Shown in pieces: positions 1 to 10,380 of a stretch of 32,000 nucleotides of DNA. The stretch covers positions 180,001-212,000 of the forward strand of contig CP042461.1 in NCBI GenBank assembly GCA_004563595.2, given 5' to 3'. Source of the stretch: Candidatus Saccharimonadota bacterium (GTDB lineage: Bacteria > Patescibacteriota > Gracilibacteria > BD1-5 > UBA6164). Positions within the stretch are counted from its first letter, which is position 1. Every line of letters begins with the position of its first letter. The notes beneath the pieces are model-generated. The model was not told the origin of the DNA. It did not search any database and worked only from the letters and a program-made list of their open reading frames with translations. The position numbers and the translations under genes were made by a program.

Positions 1-705
1 ATGGAAAAAGAAGTGAAAAACCAAGTTTCAAGAATTACAAAAGAAAAAATAGAAAAATTATCACCATCTGAAGTCGAGGATTTATTTGAAGAAAATATTG
101 AAGATACAATTACAACAAAAATAACTCGTTTTTTTGGTGAAGTTACTTTGATTAATATGCCAAGTTCAATTGTAGAGAATATTATCTCTGCAGAGATCAA
201 TTATTATAATATGAGAAAAAATCCAAATTTTGATGGATTAAGCGTGATTCTCTCATATCATAAAGCATTAGATGTAATGATAGAAAGTTTTATTATTAAA
301 TGATTCAGAAAATTTGCGCATAAGAAAAAACAAACAACTTTGAGGCAAAATGATGTATTAGAAAAATCATTGAACTCTGTTGTGAATACGTGATATATAT
401 TGAGTGTATGAAGATTATTTCACGTATTACAGCTTATATCTCATGATGAGAAACTTTTTGATTATGTGGGGTGTTTTAAAGAGTATTTAAGTAAATATAC
501 ATATTTACAAGATGTATTGCTGAGTGATGAATTTATGAAGGTGTTTAGTGATTTGGTAAATTCAGAAATATTAGGGAAAAAAAGGCATGTTTGAAAAACC
601 AATTTTGTAGAGACAAGAAAAGCAAGAGAGTTACTTATCTGAGGCCTTGAAAATAAAAACTGTTTAATTTATATGTTAGCAGAAACTCAAAAATTAGATT
701 TTTAA
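1..705 (+). CDS. hypothetical protein (234 aa if the ATG at 1 is the start; frame is open at the window edge, so the 5' end may lie upstream)
   Basis: Track ORF 1..303 stops at a TGA. Reading TGA as Gly keeps the frame open through 5 in-frame TGA to TAA 703-705. No motif recognised. Confidence 0.6.
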
Positions 706-755
706 ACTATAATATTGAAAGTAATTTATTGAACTTTAAGAAGATTGAATGGAAA

Positions 756-792
756 AGAAGTAATAGCATTACGCTATTACTTCTTTTTTTTG
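756..792. terminator. hairpin terminator between convergent genes; overlaps the 3' end of the minus-strand membrane gene
   Basis: 12 bp perfect stem agaagtaatagc / gctattacttct (756-767, 773-784), loop attac, then a T8 run 785-792. An A-run sits on the other side. Confidence 0.5.
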
Positions 793-1389
793 AACAATTT
801 TAGCAATACCAATATATACCACTAAGATTGTCATTAATGCGAATAAATATATGATAAACGCTGAGCCTACAAATGAATGTTCTTCAATAGCAAGCAGGGC
901 TAAGAGACCTCCAACTGACCAAGAAAGCCATGGAATTATACTTTCCCCTTGTGGATTTTTATATATTTCTCGTAATAGTGGAGTAAATACTATAAAATCA
1001 ACAGAAATAAGAACTATACTAAGAGTTTTTTCTACCCAAGGGATATTTCCATATATTGAACCTTCTATGATAAGATAGCTTATAAATAGATTTATTGCCA
1101 TTAATGAACATACTTTATCAAATCTTCCTATATCTGTTAATTTGGAGCCATTTTTCATCATTAGTAATGCAATAATTAATGGACCCGTAAATAACATGAT
1201 TCCTTGAAATAATTCAATACGATCTGTTTCAGAAAAGACTTTACTCAGCATTACTATGAATCCTATAAGAGTCCAAAGAAGCCAAGTTACTAAATTGATA
1301 TTTTCTGCATCATTTTTGAGTGCTTGATAGTATTTATAGAATCCAAATGCTGTAAAAGCAAGAGACGCTAAAAACAGATAATCATTCAT
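769..1389 (-). CDS. integral membrane protein, 206 aa, multi-pass, family not recognised
   Basis: Intact ORF even under the standard code. Hydrophobic segments throughout (LASLAFTAFGF, WLLWTLIGFIVML, LFTGPLIIALLMM, VGGLLALLAI, FIIYLFALMTILVVYIGI). All 13 Gly are GGN with no TGA (see findings). Confidence 0.75.
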   Translation of the reverse strand: MNDYLFLASLAFTAFGFYKYYQALKNDAENINLVTWLLWTLIGFIVMLSKVFSETDRIELFQGIMLFTGPLIIALLMMKNGSKLTDIGRFDKVCSLMAINLFISYLIIEGSIYGNIPWVEKTLSIVLISVDFIVFTPLLREIYKNPQGESIIPWLSWSVGGLLALLAIEEHSFVGSAFIIYLFALMTILVVYIGIAKIVQKKEVIA

Positions 1390-1517
1390 AGTTTGTTCCT
1401 TTTGTTTTTGTTTGTTGTTTTATAATACCTATTTTTATCTAATTTCAAATTATTTATTTACAATAATTATAATTCATTTAAACTAAAGAATATATTATAA
1501 ATAAATTATTAAAATAC

Positions 1518-2177
1518 ATGTTATATATAGTTTCCACTCCGATTTGAAACCTAGGTGATATCACTTACAGAGCAGTAAGAACATTACAAGAAGTTGATGG
1601 GATTGCTTGTGAAGATACAAGAAAGAGTTCTATTTTGCTGAATCATTATGAGATTAAAAAACCACTTATTAGTTTTCATTCACATTCAGGAAAAGTAAAA
1701 ATTGATAAAATAATTGATCAATTAAAAACAGGGAAAAATATTGCACTCATAAGTGATGCCTGAACTCCTGGAATTTCAGACCCATGATATGCTCTTATAA
1801 AAGAAGCTATTGTTGAGTGAGTAGAAGTAGTGCCAATTCCATGAGTTACAGCGGCTATTACAGCTGTCTCAGCTTCTGGTATGCAATCACACCACTTTTT
1901 ATATCTTTGATTTTTACCGATCAAAAAATGAAGACAAACACTTTTTAAAAAACTTGTAGAAAAAGATCATACGGTTGTTATTTATGAATCTGTCCATAGA
2001 TTTATAAAAACTCTCTGAGATTTAGAAACATATTTTTGAGAAGATCATCATATTGTAGTATGAAGAGAGCTCACAAAAAAATTCGAAGAATTTAAGAGAT
2101 GAACTATCAAAGAAGTGAAGGAATATTATGAAATAACTCCATGAAAAATTAAGTGAGAATTTGTAATTTTATTTTAA
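1518..2177 (+). CDS. rsmI: 16S rRNA (cytidine1402-2'-O)-methyltransferase RsmI, 219 aa
   Basis: With TGA=Gly the protein reads MLYIVSTPIGNLGDITYRAVRTL..ACEDTR..ISDAGTPGISDPG..VVPIPG..LGFLP.KKG.R..YESVHR..GRELTKKFEE. These are the canonical RsmI/tetrapyrrole-methylase motifs. 13 of its 19 Gly are TGA by my count. Confidence 0.93.
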
Positions 2178-2192
2178 ATTTTTAATGAGAAT

Positions 2193-2477
2193 ATGAAGAT
2201 TTGAGCAGGGAAGTTATTCCAATGACGAGAGGACGTAGTTATCAAATCAATACTTTGGAACACTGTTATTGAAGTGTTTAATACGGAAAAAAATATTGAT
2301 GTAACTCCATATCTCATTTCTGTTCGCTTGAATGCAAAGGTGATTTTTGTAAAAACAACAAACCCACTTATTAATACTGAACTTCTTCTGTTGGATCAAA
2401 AAATAAAAAAACTCTTCTCAGAAAAACTGAAAAAAGTTGGGATTGTGTTTTATGATTTTGAAGTAAAGTATATCTAG
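2193..2477 (+). CDS. small DUF721/DciA-like protein, 94 aa (weak call)
   Basis: Track ORF 2274..2477 extends upstream through two TGA to ATG 2193. The pattern W..V(10)..V.P..I....V.FVKT.NP....EL is compatible with DUF721. Confidence 0.45.
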
Positions 2478-2482
2478 AACTA

Positions 2483-3085
2483 TTACCATCTCTTAAAACT
2501 CGGACAAGCCTGGTGAATATTTACAATCGAGAAGCCTTTATGAGTAATGGCTTCTTTTATTATGTCTTTCATTTCAGCAAATTTGATACTATCAGCACGT
2601 TTTGCAAATCTACATCCTGCTTTTTCTGCGATTCAGATGGGATCAAATGGCTCAGAAATATTTCATTCTGGAGTTGTTTTTGTTTTGGCTCATATTGGGG
2701 TAGTTGGGCTTGCTTGACCAGTTGTAAGAGCATAGTTTTCATTATCCATGACAATATATGTAATATCTAAATCTCTTTTACATGCATGAATAAAGTGTCA
2801 CATTCAAATACCATATCAATCACCGTCACCTCAAGTTGCAAGTACTGTAAGGTTTGGATTTGCCATTTTGACTCATGTTGCAAAGGGAAGTGTTCTCCCG
2901 TGAAGAGTTTCAGCAGCATATCAGTCTATGTATTGGCTTGCTTTTCCACTACATCAAACTCATGATACTACTACTCTGTTATGACTCTCTATACCGAGGT
3001 CAGAGAATGCTTTTTTGATAGCTCAGATTATGAGTGTATCTCAACATCATACACACCATTGTATATTATTTAATCAGCTTCTCAT
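2483..3085 (-). CDS. 2-oxoacid:ferredoxin oxidoreductase, beta (TPP-binding) subunit, 200 aa
   Basis: The minus-strand translation reads [101 protein letters not shown]. It is conserved family sequence, with many of the Gly encoded by TGA. Confidence 0.9.
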
Positions 3086-3089
3086 ACTT

Positions 3090-4769
3090 TTATATTAGTT
3101 CATTAAAATCTTCTATATAAAATGGAAATAAGTCATATTTTCTAAGATTACTTATTTTGAGTCACTTTATGTATTTGAGTCAGAATTCTTTTGTGATATA
3201 ATTTTCAAGTTGACCAGAATAATTTGATTCTACAAATATAACTTCTTTTTTATTTTTTATTTCTTCTAAGAGCCTTTCATCAAGAGGTTTGAGTATTGTT
3301 ATAGTTATCAGTCAGAATTCTGAATTGTTTTTTATAAATTCATTGGCTGTGTATGATGTAAAACTCGTTGTAATAATCATTTTTTTTGCTTCAGAATTTA
3401 TAATCTCATATCATGAGATATTTTCTTTTTTGTAAAAATTTTCAAGCTTTTTAAATCTTTTTTGAGTCATAGCAACTTTTACTTTTGGATCTTCACTCGT
3501 TGCTCCATATTCATCATGTTCATAACTACTTGCTATAAAATCACCGTTCTTTGTTCATACATGCACTCTTGGAGATACTCATGTATCTGTGAGTTCATAT
3601 CTTTTGTAATCTTGAGGAGGGTTATTTAGAATCACTCCTCTCTCTATTTCTGGAACATTTAATTTTCAGAGGGTTCCGTTGAGCTCAGAAGATTGTTTAT
3701 CCATGAGTATAATAACCTGAGTCTGATATTTATCAGCAAGGTTCAGTGCCAGTCATCCAAAATAATATGCTTCTTCCAATGTGGATGGGTAGAGTACTAT
3801 ATGGTCAAAATCTCCAAATGTAGGATTCAGAGCAAAATTAAGATCTCATTGTTCAAAAAATGTTGGAGTTCCTGTCGATGGTCATGCTCTTTGAGAAAAA
3901 ACAATTGTAATAGGGAATTCAGCTTGAACTGCAAAACTGACTGCTTCAGTCATCAGGGCAAATCAACCACCTGAAGTTCAAACCATAGATCTTGCTCAAG
4001 TAAAACTTGCTCAAAGGGCAGAATTTATCACTGAAATTTCATCTTCAGCTTGAAGGTAATTTACCTTTTTTGATGCTATTATTTCTGATAAAATAGTAGA
4101 TGCCGGAGTCATAGGGTAGGCACTATAATATTCTAATCAGCATTCGATTGCTCCATGTGCGAGCATTTTATTTCAATATTCTATGTTTTTTGCATCTCAA
4201 ATATTTTTAAGATGTATAGCATAATCAAAATCTATAGTATAACTGTGAGAGATTTTCTTGATAATCTCTTTGTTCTTTTCTACTATATCAGCTCATTTTT
4301 TTCAAAAAACAGCTTGTAATTCATTATTTATTGCTTGATGAGGGATCGATAAGAGTTTCGATAAAATTCAGAGTAAATAGGTATTATCATATTTATCTGT
4401 TATTTTTAAATCTAATATCTGAATATTTTTTGATTCAATAGTTTTATATGTTTCAGTATTTATTTTTTCTCTGAATTTCTGGTTTATAATTATAACTCAA
4501 TTATTTTTTAATGTATGAATATTGTAATCGAGAGATTTGGCATCAAAAGAAAGAATAATATCTACCTTTTTTGAAAGATACTTTCTATTGGGGGCTATGA
4601 AAATATCAAAATAATTTGATCATCATTTTATTCTTGATTCGTACTCAATATCCGTTATGACTTCATATCATAGATTTGCAGAGAGGCTCGCAATAACTTC
4701 GGCTGTTGAATTGATTCAAAGTCACGCAGGTCAAGTAATTTTTATTCCTAGGGGGAATCAGGCCGGCAT
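3090..4769 (-). CDS. 2-oxoacid:ferredoxin oxidoreductase, fused gamma-alpha subunit, 559 aa
   Basis: The N-terminus ITGPAGLGINSTAEVIA..GYEV...EYESRIKGG is gamma-domain-like. It is followed by GN.MLAHGAIECG...[46 protein letters not shown]...QRAGPSTGTPT, the alpha-subunit core. The length is a multiple of 3 from ATG 4769 to TAA 3090. Confidence 0.9.
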
Positions 4770-4785
4770 TATTTTTTGTTAAAAA

Positions 4786-5010
4786 TTATTGACTTTCTCA
4801 TGTTCATGTATTTGTTTCAGTACTTGTTTCTACTGTAACTCATGATTGAGATTGGATTAATTCTTGAATTTGTTCTGGGGTAAGAGTTATTTCAGAATCA
4901 GTATATTGGTTATTTGAAAAGAGAACGAGTAGCCCTGTTCATACGATTCATATCACTATTCCGAAGAGAGCAAAAGTTGCTATTATTTGAGTTATTTTAT
5001 TTTTTTTCAT
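4786..5010 (-). CDS. small membrane-anchored or secreted protein, 74 aa
   Basis: Reads MKKNKITQIIATFALFGIVIGIVGTGLLVLF followed by a Thr/Glu/Gln-rich tail. It is wedged between the 949 aa gene and the oxidoreductase genes on the same strand. Confidence 0.5.
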
Positions 5011-5013
5011 AGT

Positions 5014-7863
5014 TTATTTTATAGGGGTTAAAAAGTTTCAAAGTTCTGAATAATGAAAAATAAAATCAATTATTTTAATATCATTCACGTTAAAATCTAT
5101 AATTTGTCCTTTTTGCATAGTTATTCATATATGTTTGTCACCATAGTTCGTTTTAAATTCAATGGTTTCATTTTCAGGTTTGTAGCTAATGCTTATTTCT
5201 TCCTTACCAAGTGTATTACTAGTGGTATTGATAATATGCTCGATTGCTTCAATATTGTTTAAGATGCTTGATAATGTTTCTTTCAGTGACTCAAGAGGGA
5301 CATCTCATACAATGTATACAGAATTTCATGAAAGTAAATATGTATTTTGTTCTTTTGCCTTTAGATCTAATAGTTTAAAATCTATATCTGAGAAACTATG
5401 AGAAGATGCATATGTATAATCAGAATTGAGGACTCAGCTATATTTTATGGTTTTTCAATTTTTATTAATGTTCATTCAAAACTGAACTCAAGATATATAA
5501 ATATCATAATCAGTACTATTACTTTCCTGAGTCATACGAATATTATTGTATATAATAGAGAAGTAATCATCTATTTTTGTAAAATCTCAGTTGGTTCAGA
5601 GTAACTTGTTTCTTTTAAAATATTTTGTAAATTTATCCTCCGTTCATATATCGGGTTCATTACTACCTCCTATTATGGGCTGCGGTTGTTTCTTAGATTC
5701 TATAATAAAATTATTGAGAAAAAACTTTTTAAAGTCATATTTATCTTTTTCAGAACTCTGAGCTGCTTTGTATTTTTCTTCTAGGGACTCTTTCATATCA
5801 TTCAGATCATAAGATCATTTTTTTTCTTCCCATTCACCTTTTTCATTGATAAATGTAATGGTATTTATTTTATTTCAGTCATATGGATGAAGGAGAAAAG
5901 AAAATGTTTCCTTTCCTATATTTAAATTATTTATTTTATAACATTCATATTCTCAAAAAATATTTCAGGTTGTATCTTCAGTTTCTTCAATCTCAGGATT
6001 TTGACAGTAGTTATAATTTTTTAATTCAATATGTGTATTCATAAGTAAAAGTCATTGGAAGTTTGAGAGAAAAATGAGCGCTTTATCTTTACTGAGTTTT
6101 TCTGCATCAGTTTTCCCATTATCTAGAATAGGGTCGTTCCCTCCAAACCTAGAATCGTATTTTATAGTATATGCCTTATAGTCACTGAGAGCTAGGAAAT
6201 ATTCATCAAATATTTTTTGCAATTCTATATATTCATTTCTGAGAGTTTTTTCGTTATTTTTTTCAGGATCGAGAATATTTTTATTGGTATTATAAAAGGA
6301 TATAAGTTTTATAATATTTTTTTCTAACAGTATATAGTTCTCGTAAGTATTGTTTTGTAAACTTACAGTTTTTAATAATCATTCCTTGGTTCTTTCCTTT
6401 TCAAAGAAATTGTTTCTTATTATATACGTGAAGTTTCGTAAAATTTTAGAATTGATAAGAAGTCAAGTATGTAAAATAGTAAGGTTATTTGTATCATAAT
6501 AGGTTTCGCTAATGTTTACATAATTGTTAAAGAAAAGTATGAGTTCCTTTGCATTTGTATCTTTTAAGTCAGTTATAAGGATTTGTTCCAAGAAGAAGAG
6601 AAGAGAACTATTTGGTTTCTTATTTTCATCTTCATCATACTTTTTTATAAATGTATTGAGCTGGCTATATAAGTTATTTGATTGCTTAAAGTCATATGAC
6701 AAGAAAGTATTTTTGAGAGAGAGGATAGAAGGAGATATTGAGGATGCTTTTTTCTTGTTTAATTGTAAATATAAATGAGAAAAATTTAGGAGATGAGTGT
6801 TATCTTCATTTGTTGTGAATAATACATTTTTATAATAAAAATATATTATTCACAACATTTTTTTATATTCAGCTGTATTATTTTTTTTCAGATCGTTCAT
6901 AGTCTCTGAAATAAAATTGATAGATTCATTTACTTCTTCTTTTTTGTTTATAATTTCATGTAAGCTTTTGAGTATAAGGTTTTCATTATATATTTGTTTT
7001 TTTTCATTATTTAAAAATAATTCATAATATTTTTTTATAAATATTTCTCCTGGAAATGGTGAAAAAATAGCATCAGATAAATATTGTATTTCTTGAGAAC
7101 TTTTTTGGTATTCCAGTAATATATAATGAAAAGTGTCTTTTAAAAAATTATACTCAACCTCGTTAGAAGAAAATGATTGAAGAAAAAGAGGGTTTATATT
7201 GTTTTCTCATGTAATAAGAGGTTCATTAAAATATGTCAGAGGGAAGCTTTGAGAGATTTTGAATAAGTCAGCATTTAGTAAAAATCTATTCCATTTTGGT
7301 TTAATAGTAATATATGTATGAGGGTACAAATCAAGAGATGAAGCTGGAGTATTTGTTTCTGTATTGATAAGTGAAAGTTGTAATTTTGTGTTGATTGAAA
7401 AAATAACAACTTTTTTTGGGTTGAATGAATTCACAAGGAAGATTCATGGTCATGAGTTTTTTATCTGGAATCAACCTCAAGAAATTATGTATTTTTTGTG
7501 TAATTCATTCAAGTGGAGTAAATAGATTCCAGATTTTAATTTTAAATGAGTTATAGCTCAAGTTAATGTTTTTGTATAATCTCAACTGGAGTATATAGTA
7601 TCTGCGAGTGAAAGCTTCTCTGCAAGAATATTTATATTTTTTGATGAAGTTGTAATTTTTTTTAAAGATCAAGTTTGATCTAGAACTTGAAGGTCATAGA
7701 GTCATATCTCTATATCTTGTGAACTTATTTCTTCAATTTTAGAATAGTCTGAGGAAATAAAGCTCAGAGATATAAGACCTGATCAGAGGATGATAACAAT
7801 AATTACAAATATGATTTTTGATAAAAAATTCACTGCTTGATATATTAAAATGTAATAGTACAT
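5014..7863 (-). CDS. large hypothetical protein, 949 aa, N-terminal TM anchor, Asn/Lys/Ile-rich, no recognisable domain
   Basis: A single frame is open from ATG 7863 to TAA 5014 once TGA is read as Gly. Track fragments 6463..6702(-) and 7207..7434(-) are in this same frame. The N-terminus is MYYYILIYQAVNFLSKIIFVIIVIILGSGLISL. Confidence 0.75.
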
Positions 7864-7928
7864 ATTTTAGGTCTCACTCTAACCTTATTTTGTTTTTTGT
7901 AAAGAAACTTTGATATTTTTATTTGAGC

Positions 7929-8993
7929 TTAGTCATATCTGATATTTTTACTTTTATCTTGTTGAAAAATATCTAAAATTTTTGTTATTATTTGTTGATT
8001 TTTAAGCAAAAGTCCAATTTCTCTATTGAAATCAAGACTATAGTTTGAAAAATTAATACTTCATATATAGAGGTATTTATTATCAACTAGAATCATCTTT
8101 GCATGCATTTTTATTTTTTGTAATGGAACTATATCAATTCATCCTTCTTGAAGCCTTTTTATATCATTTATATCATTCTTCCATGAAGATTCTGATATGA
8201 TAGCTGATATCTTGACTCCTTCTCAAGCTTTTTTAAGGAGAAGTTTTTCAAGGTTTTCATCTTTGAAATATTGAAAATATATTTTTATATCTTTTTGAGC
8301 ATTATTGATTAATAAGTGGAGTTTATTTCTTGAATAATTTGGGCTTAAAATAAGATTCGAATCATATATATTCTGTTTTATTCATTTAAAATCTGACTGA
8401 AATATTTCTTCTAAAACAGAGACTATTTTTTTATCTTTTGTAAAAATAAAAAAATCTCTATTGAAGTTAAATGTTGAATAGCTGAGGTTTCAAGTTGAAA
8501 TAATAGCTTCATTATCTATTAATAGAAGTTTTGAATGATTGAGTGAATAATTGCTTCATTTTGACCAAACAACATTTATCTTGTTTTTCTTTAAAAAATC
8601 AAAAGTTTTATTGTTAATATTTGTTGCCTTATATGGATTTTTTTCTAAAATTACTTGGACATTAACACCTCTTTTTTGAGCCTTTTTTAAGCTTTCTTTT
8701 ATTTGTTTTTCTGTGAGAATATAGACTTCAATAAGAACATGATTTTGAGCAGTATCTATTTTATCTAGGATGTAAGTGAGTACTTGAGGGTTAGGGGTAT
8801 GTGATATAGACGTGTTTTTTAGCGTTCTTATATCTGAGAGTTGAAAATTTTGAACATTGGACTCTACTTGTTTATTTTGATTTTGTAACTCTTTGCTATT
8901 TTCATAAAATTTATGATATTCTCATCAAAAAAAATATGAGAATATACTGATAAATAGTACTCAAAAAATTATCAGGAAATATCTTTTGATCAT
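7929..8993 (-). CDS. phospholipase D / cardiolipin synthase-like protein with two HKD motifs, 354 aa, N-terminal TM
   Basis: First HKD motif: NHSKLLLIDNEAIISTGNLS. Second: MHAKMILVDNKYLYIGSINFS. The N-terminus MIKRYFLIIFGVLFISIFSYFF is hydrophobic. Confidence 0.85.
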
Positions 8994-9033
8994 AGGGTTT
9001 TCTATATACTAAATCTTTTAAAGTCTAAAATTA

Positions 9034-10140
9034 TTATCCAAATAGTTTTTCAAATACTCATCAACTATTTACATTTATCTTTTTTTCTTTTGCTATTTCT
9101 TCATAAAAATTTCTTTCTTTTTTTCCAAGTTTTTTTGGTATTTTTATTTCTATATCTATGAATAAATCTCCTTTTGCTTCTGATTCTATATGTTTTACTC
9201 AGTCAGCATTTACTCTTATTCTAGTTCCGTGAGAAGTTCATGGTTTAATATCAAGAATTCTTTTTCAAATAACGGGAATTGATATTTCTTTTTTTGTTCA
9301 AAGTATTGCTTCAATAACGTCAATTTCAACTTTATAATATAGATTTACTCCATCTCTTGTAAGTCATTTCTCTTCAAGGCTAATTTGAAATTTTACAAAT
9401 AAGTCTCAGCTGGCCTTTGTTCATACTCAATCATTTCATTCTCATGTAAGTTTTATGATCATACCATTATCAATTCATGCGGGGATATCAAGCTCAATAT
9501 CTTTTGTGATTTTTGTTCTTTTTATACCATCACATGTCGAACAAGTACTTTCGAAACTTTCTCATGATCAACTACATGTTTTACATGTTCATGCTTGTTG
9601 GATATTTCAAAAAATACTTTGAGTAGTATATGTTACTTTTCAACTTCCATGACAGGTACCACATGATTTTTTTCATTTTCATCATTCCCCATGACAAGTT
9701 TCACATGATTCAAGTTTTGAGAAACTTATTTTTTCTTTTCCTCAATAAATACTTGTTTTTAAGTTGATGACTAGATGATATTCTAGGTCTTCTCATTTGA
9801 ACTCTGTTCTTGCTTTTCATCATCTTCCACCTCAAAATCATCCACCAAAAAATGATTCAAATATATCACCAAGATCTACATCTACTCCCCCTGAAAAACC
9901 ACCTCAAAATGGATTTCCTCATGCAGCAGATCATGTACTGCCATATGTATCATACTGTTGTCTTTTTCCATCGTCAGAAAGAGTAGAGTACGCTTCATTT
10001 ATTTCTTTGAATTTTTTTTCTGCAGTTTTATCCCCATTATTTCTATCAGGATGATACTTCATTGCGAGTTTTCTATATGCTTTTTTTATTTCTTCTTTTG
10101 TTGCTGTTTTATCTAATCATAAAGTATCGTATAGGTTCAT
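9034..10140 (-). CDS. dnaJ: molecular chaperone DnaJ, 368 aa
   Basis: J domain: [32 protein letters not shown]. It is followed by a Gly/Phe region and four zinc-finger repeats (CETCHGEG, CGTCHGSG, CKTCSGSG, CSTCDG). Several of the motif Gly are TGA. Confidence 0.93.
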
Positions 10141-10279
10141 TTTTAGCTATTAGTGGTTAGATATTATAAAATATCAAGAATAAATATTGAGAGGATTTTA
10201 TAGGGTTTTCCTTTTTTGTAAAGAGGGTTTTTGTTGAGATTATATATCATGTAAGTTATTTTATATCAGGATAATCTAA

Positions 10280-10380
10280 AAATACAAGAGTTATTTTCTT
10301 GATTTTTGGCTTATTTTTCAGTATATATAATATACGAAATATAGTTTTGGAATGTTTTAATTGTGTTACTTGGAAAAAAT
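10280..10380 (+). promoter_or_regulatory. upstream element of pilin gene 1; partial copy of the element upstream of pilin genes 3 and 4
   Basis: It shares aaatacaaga ... tttttcagtatat with 14145-14238 and 16531-16636. Exact -35/-10 elements not resolved. Confidence 0.35.
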
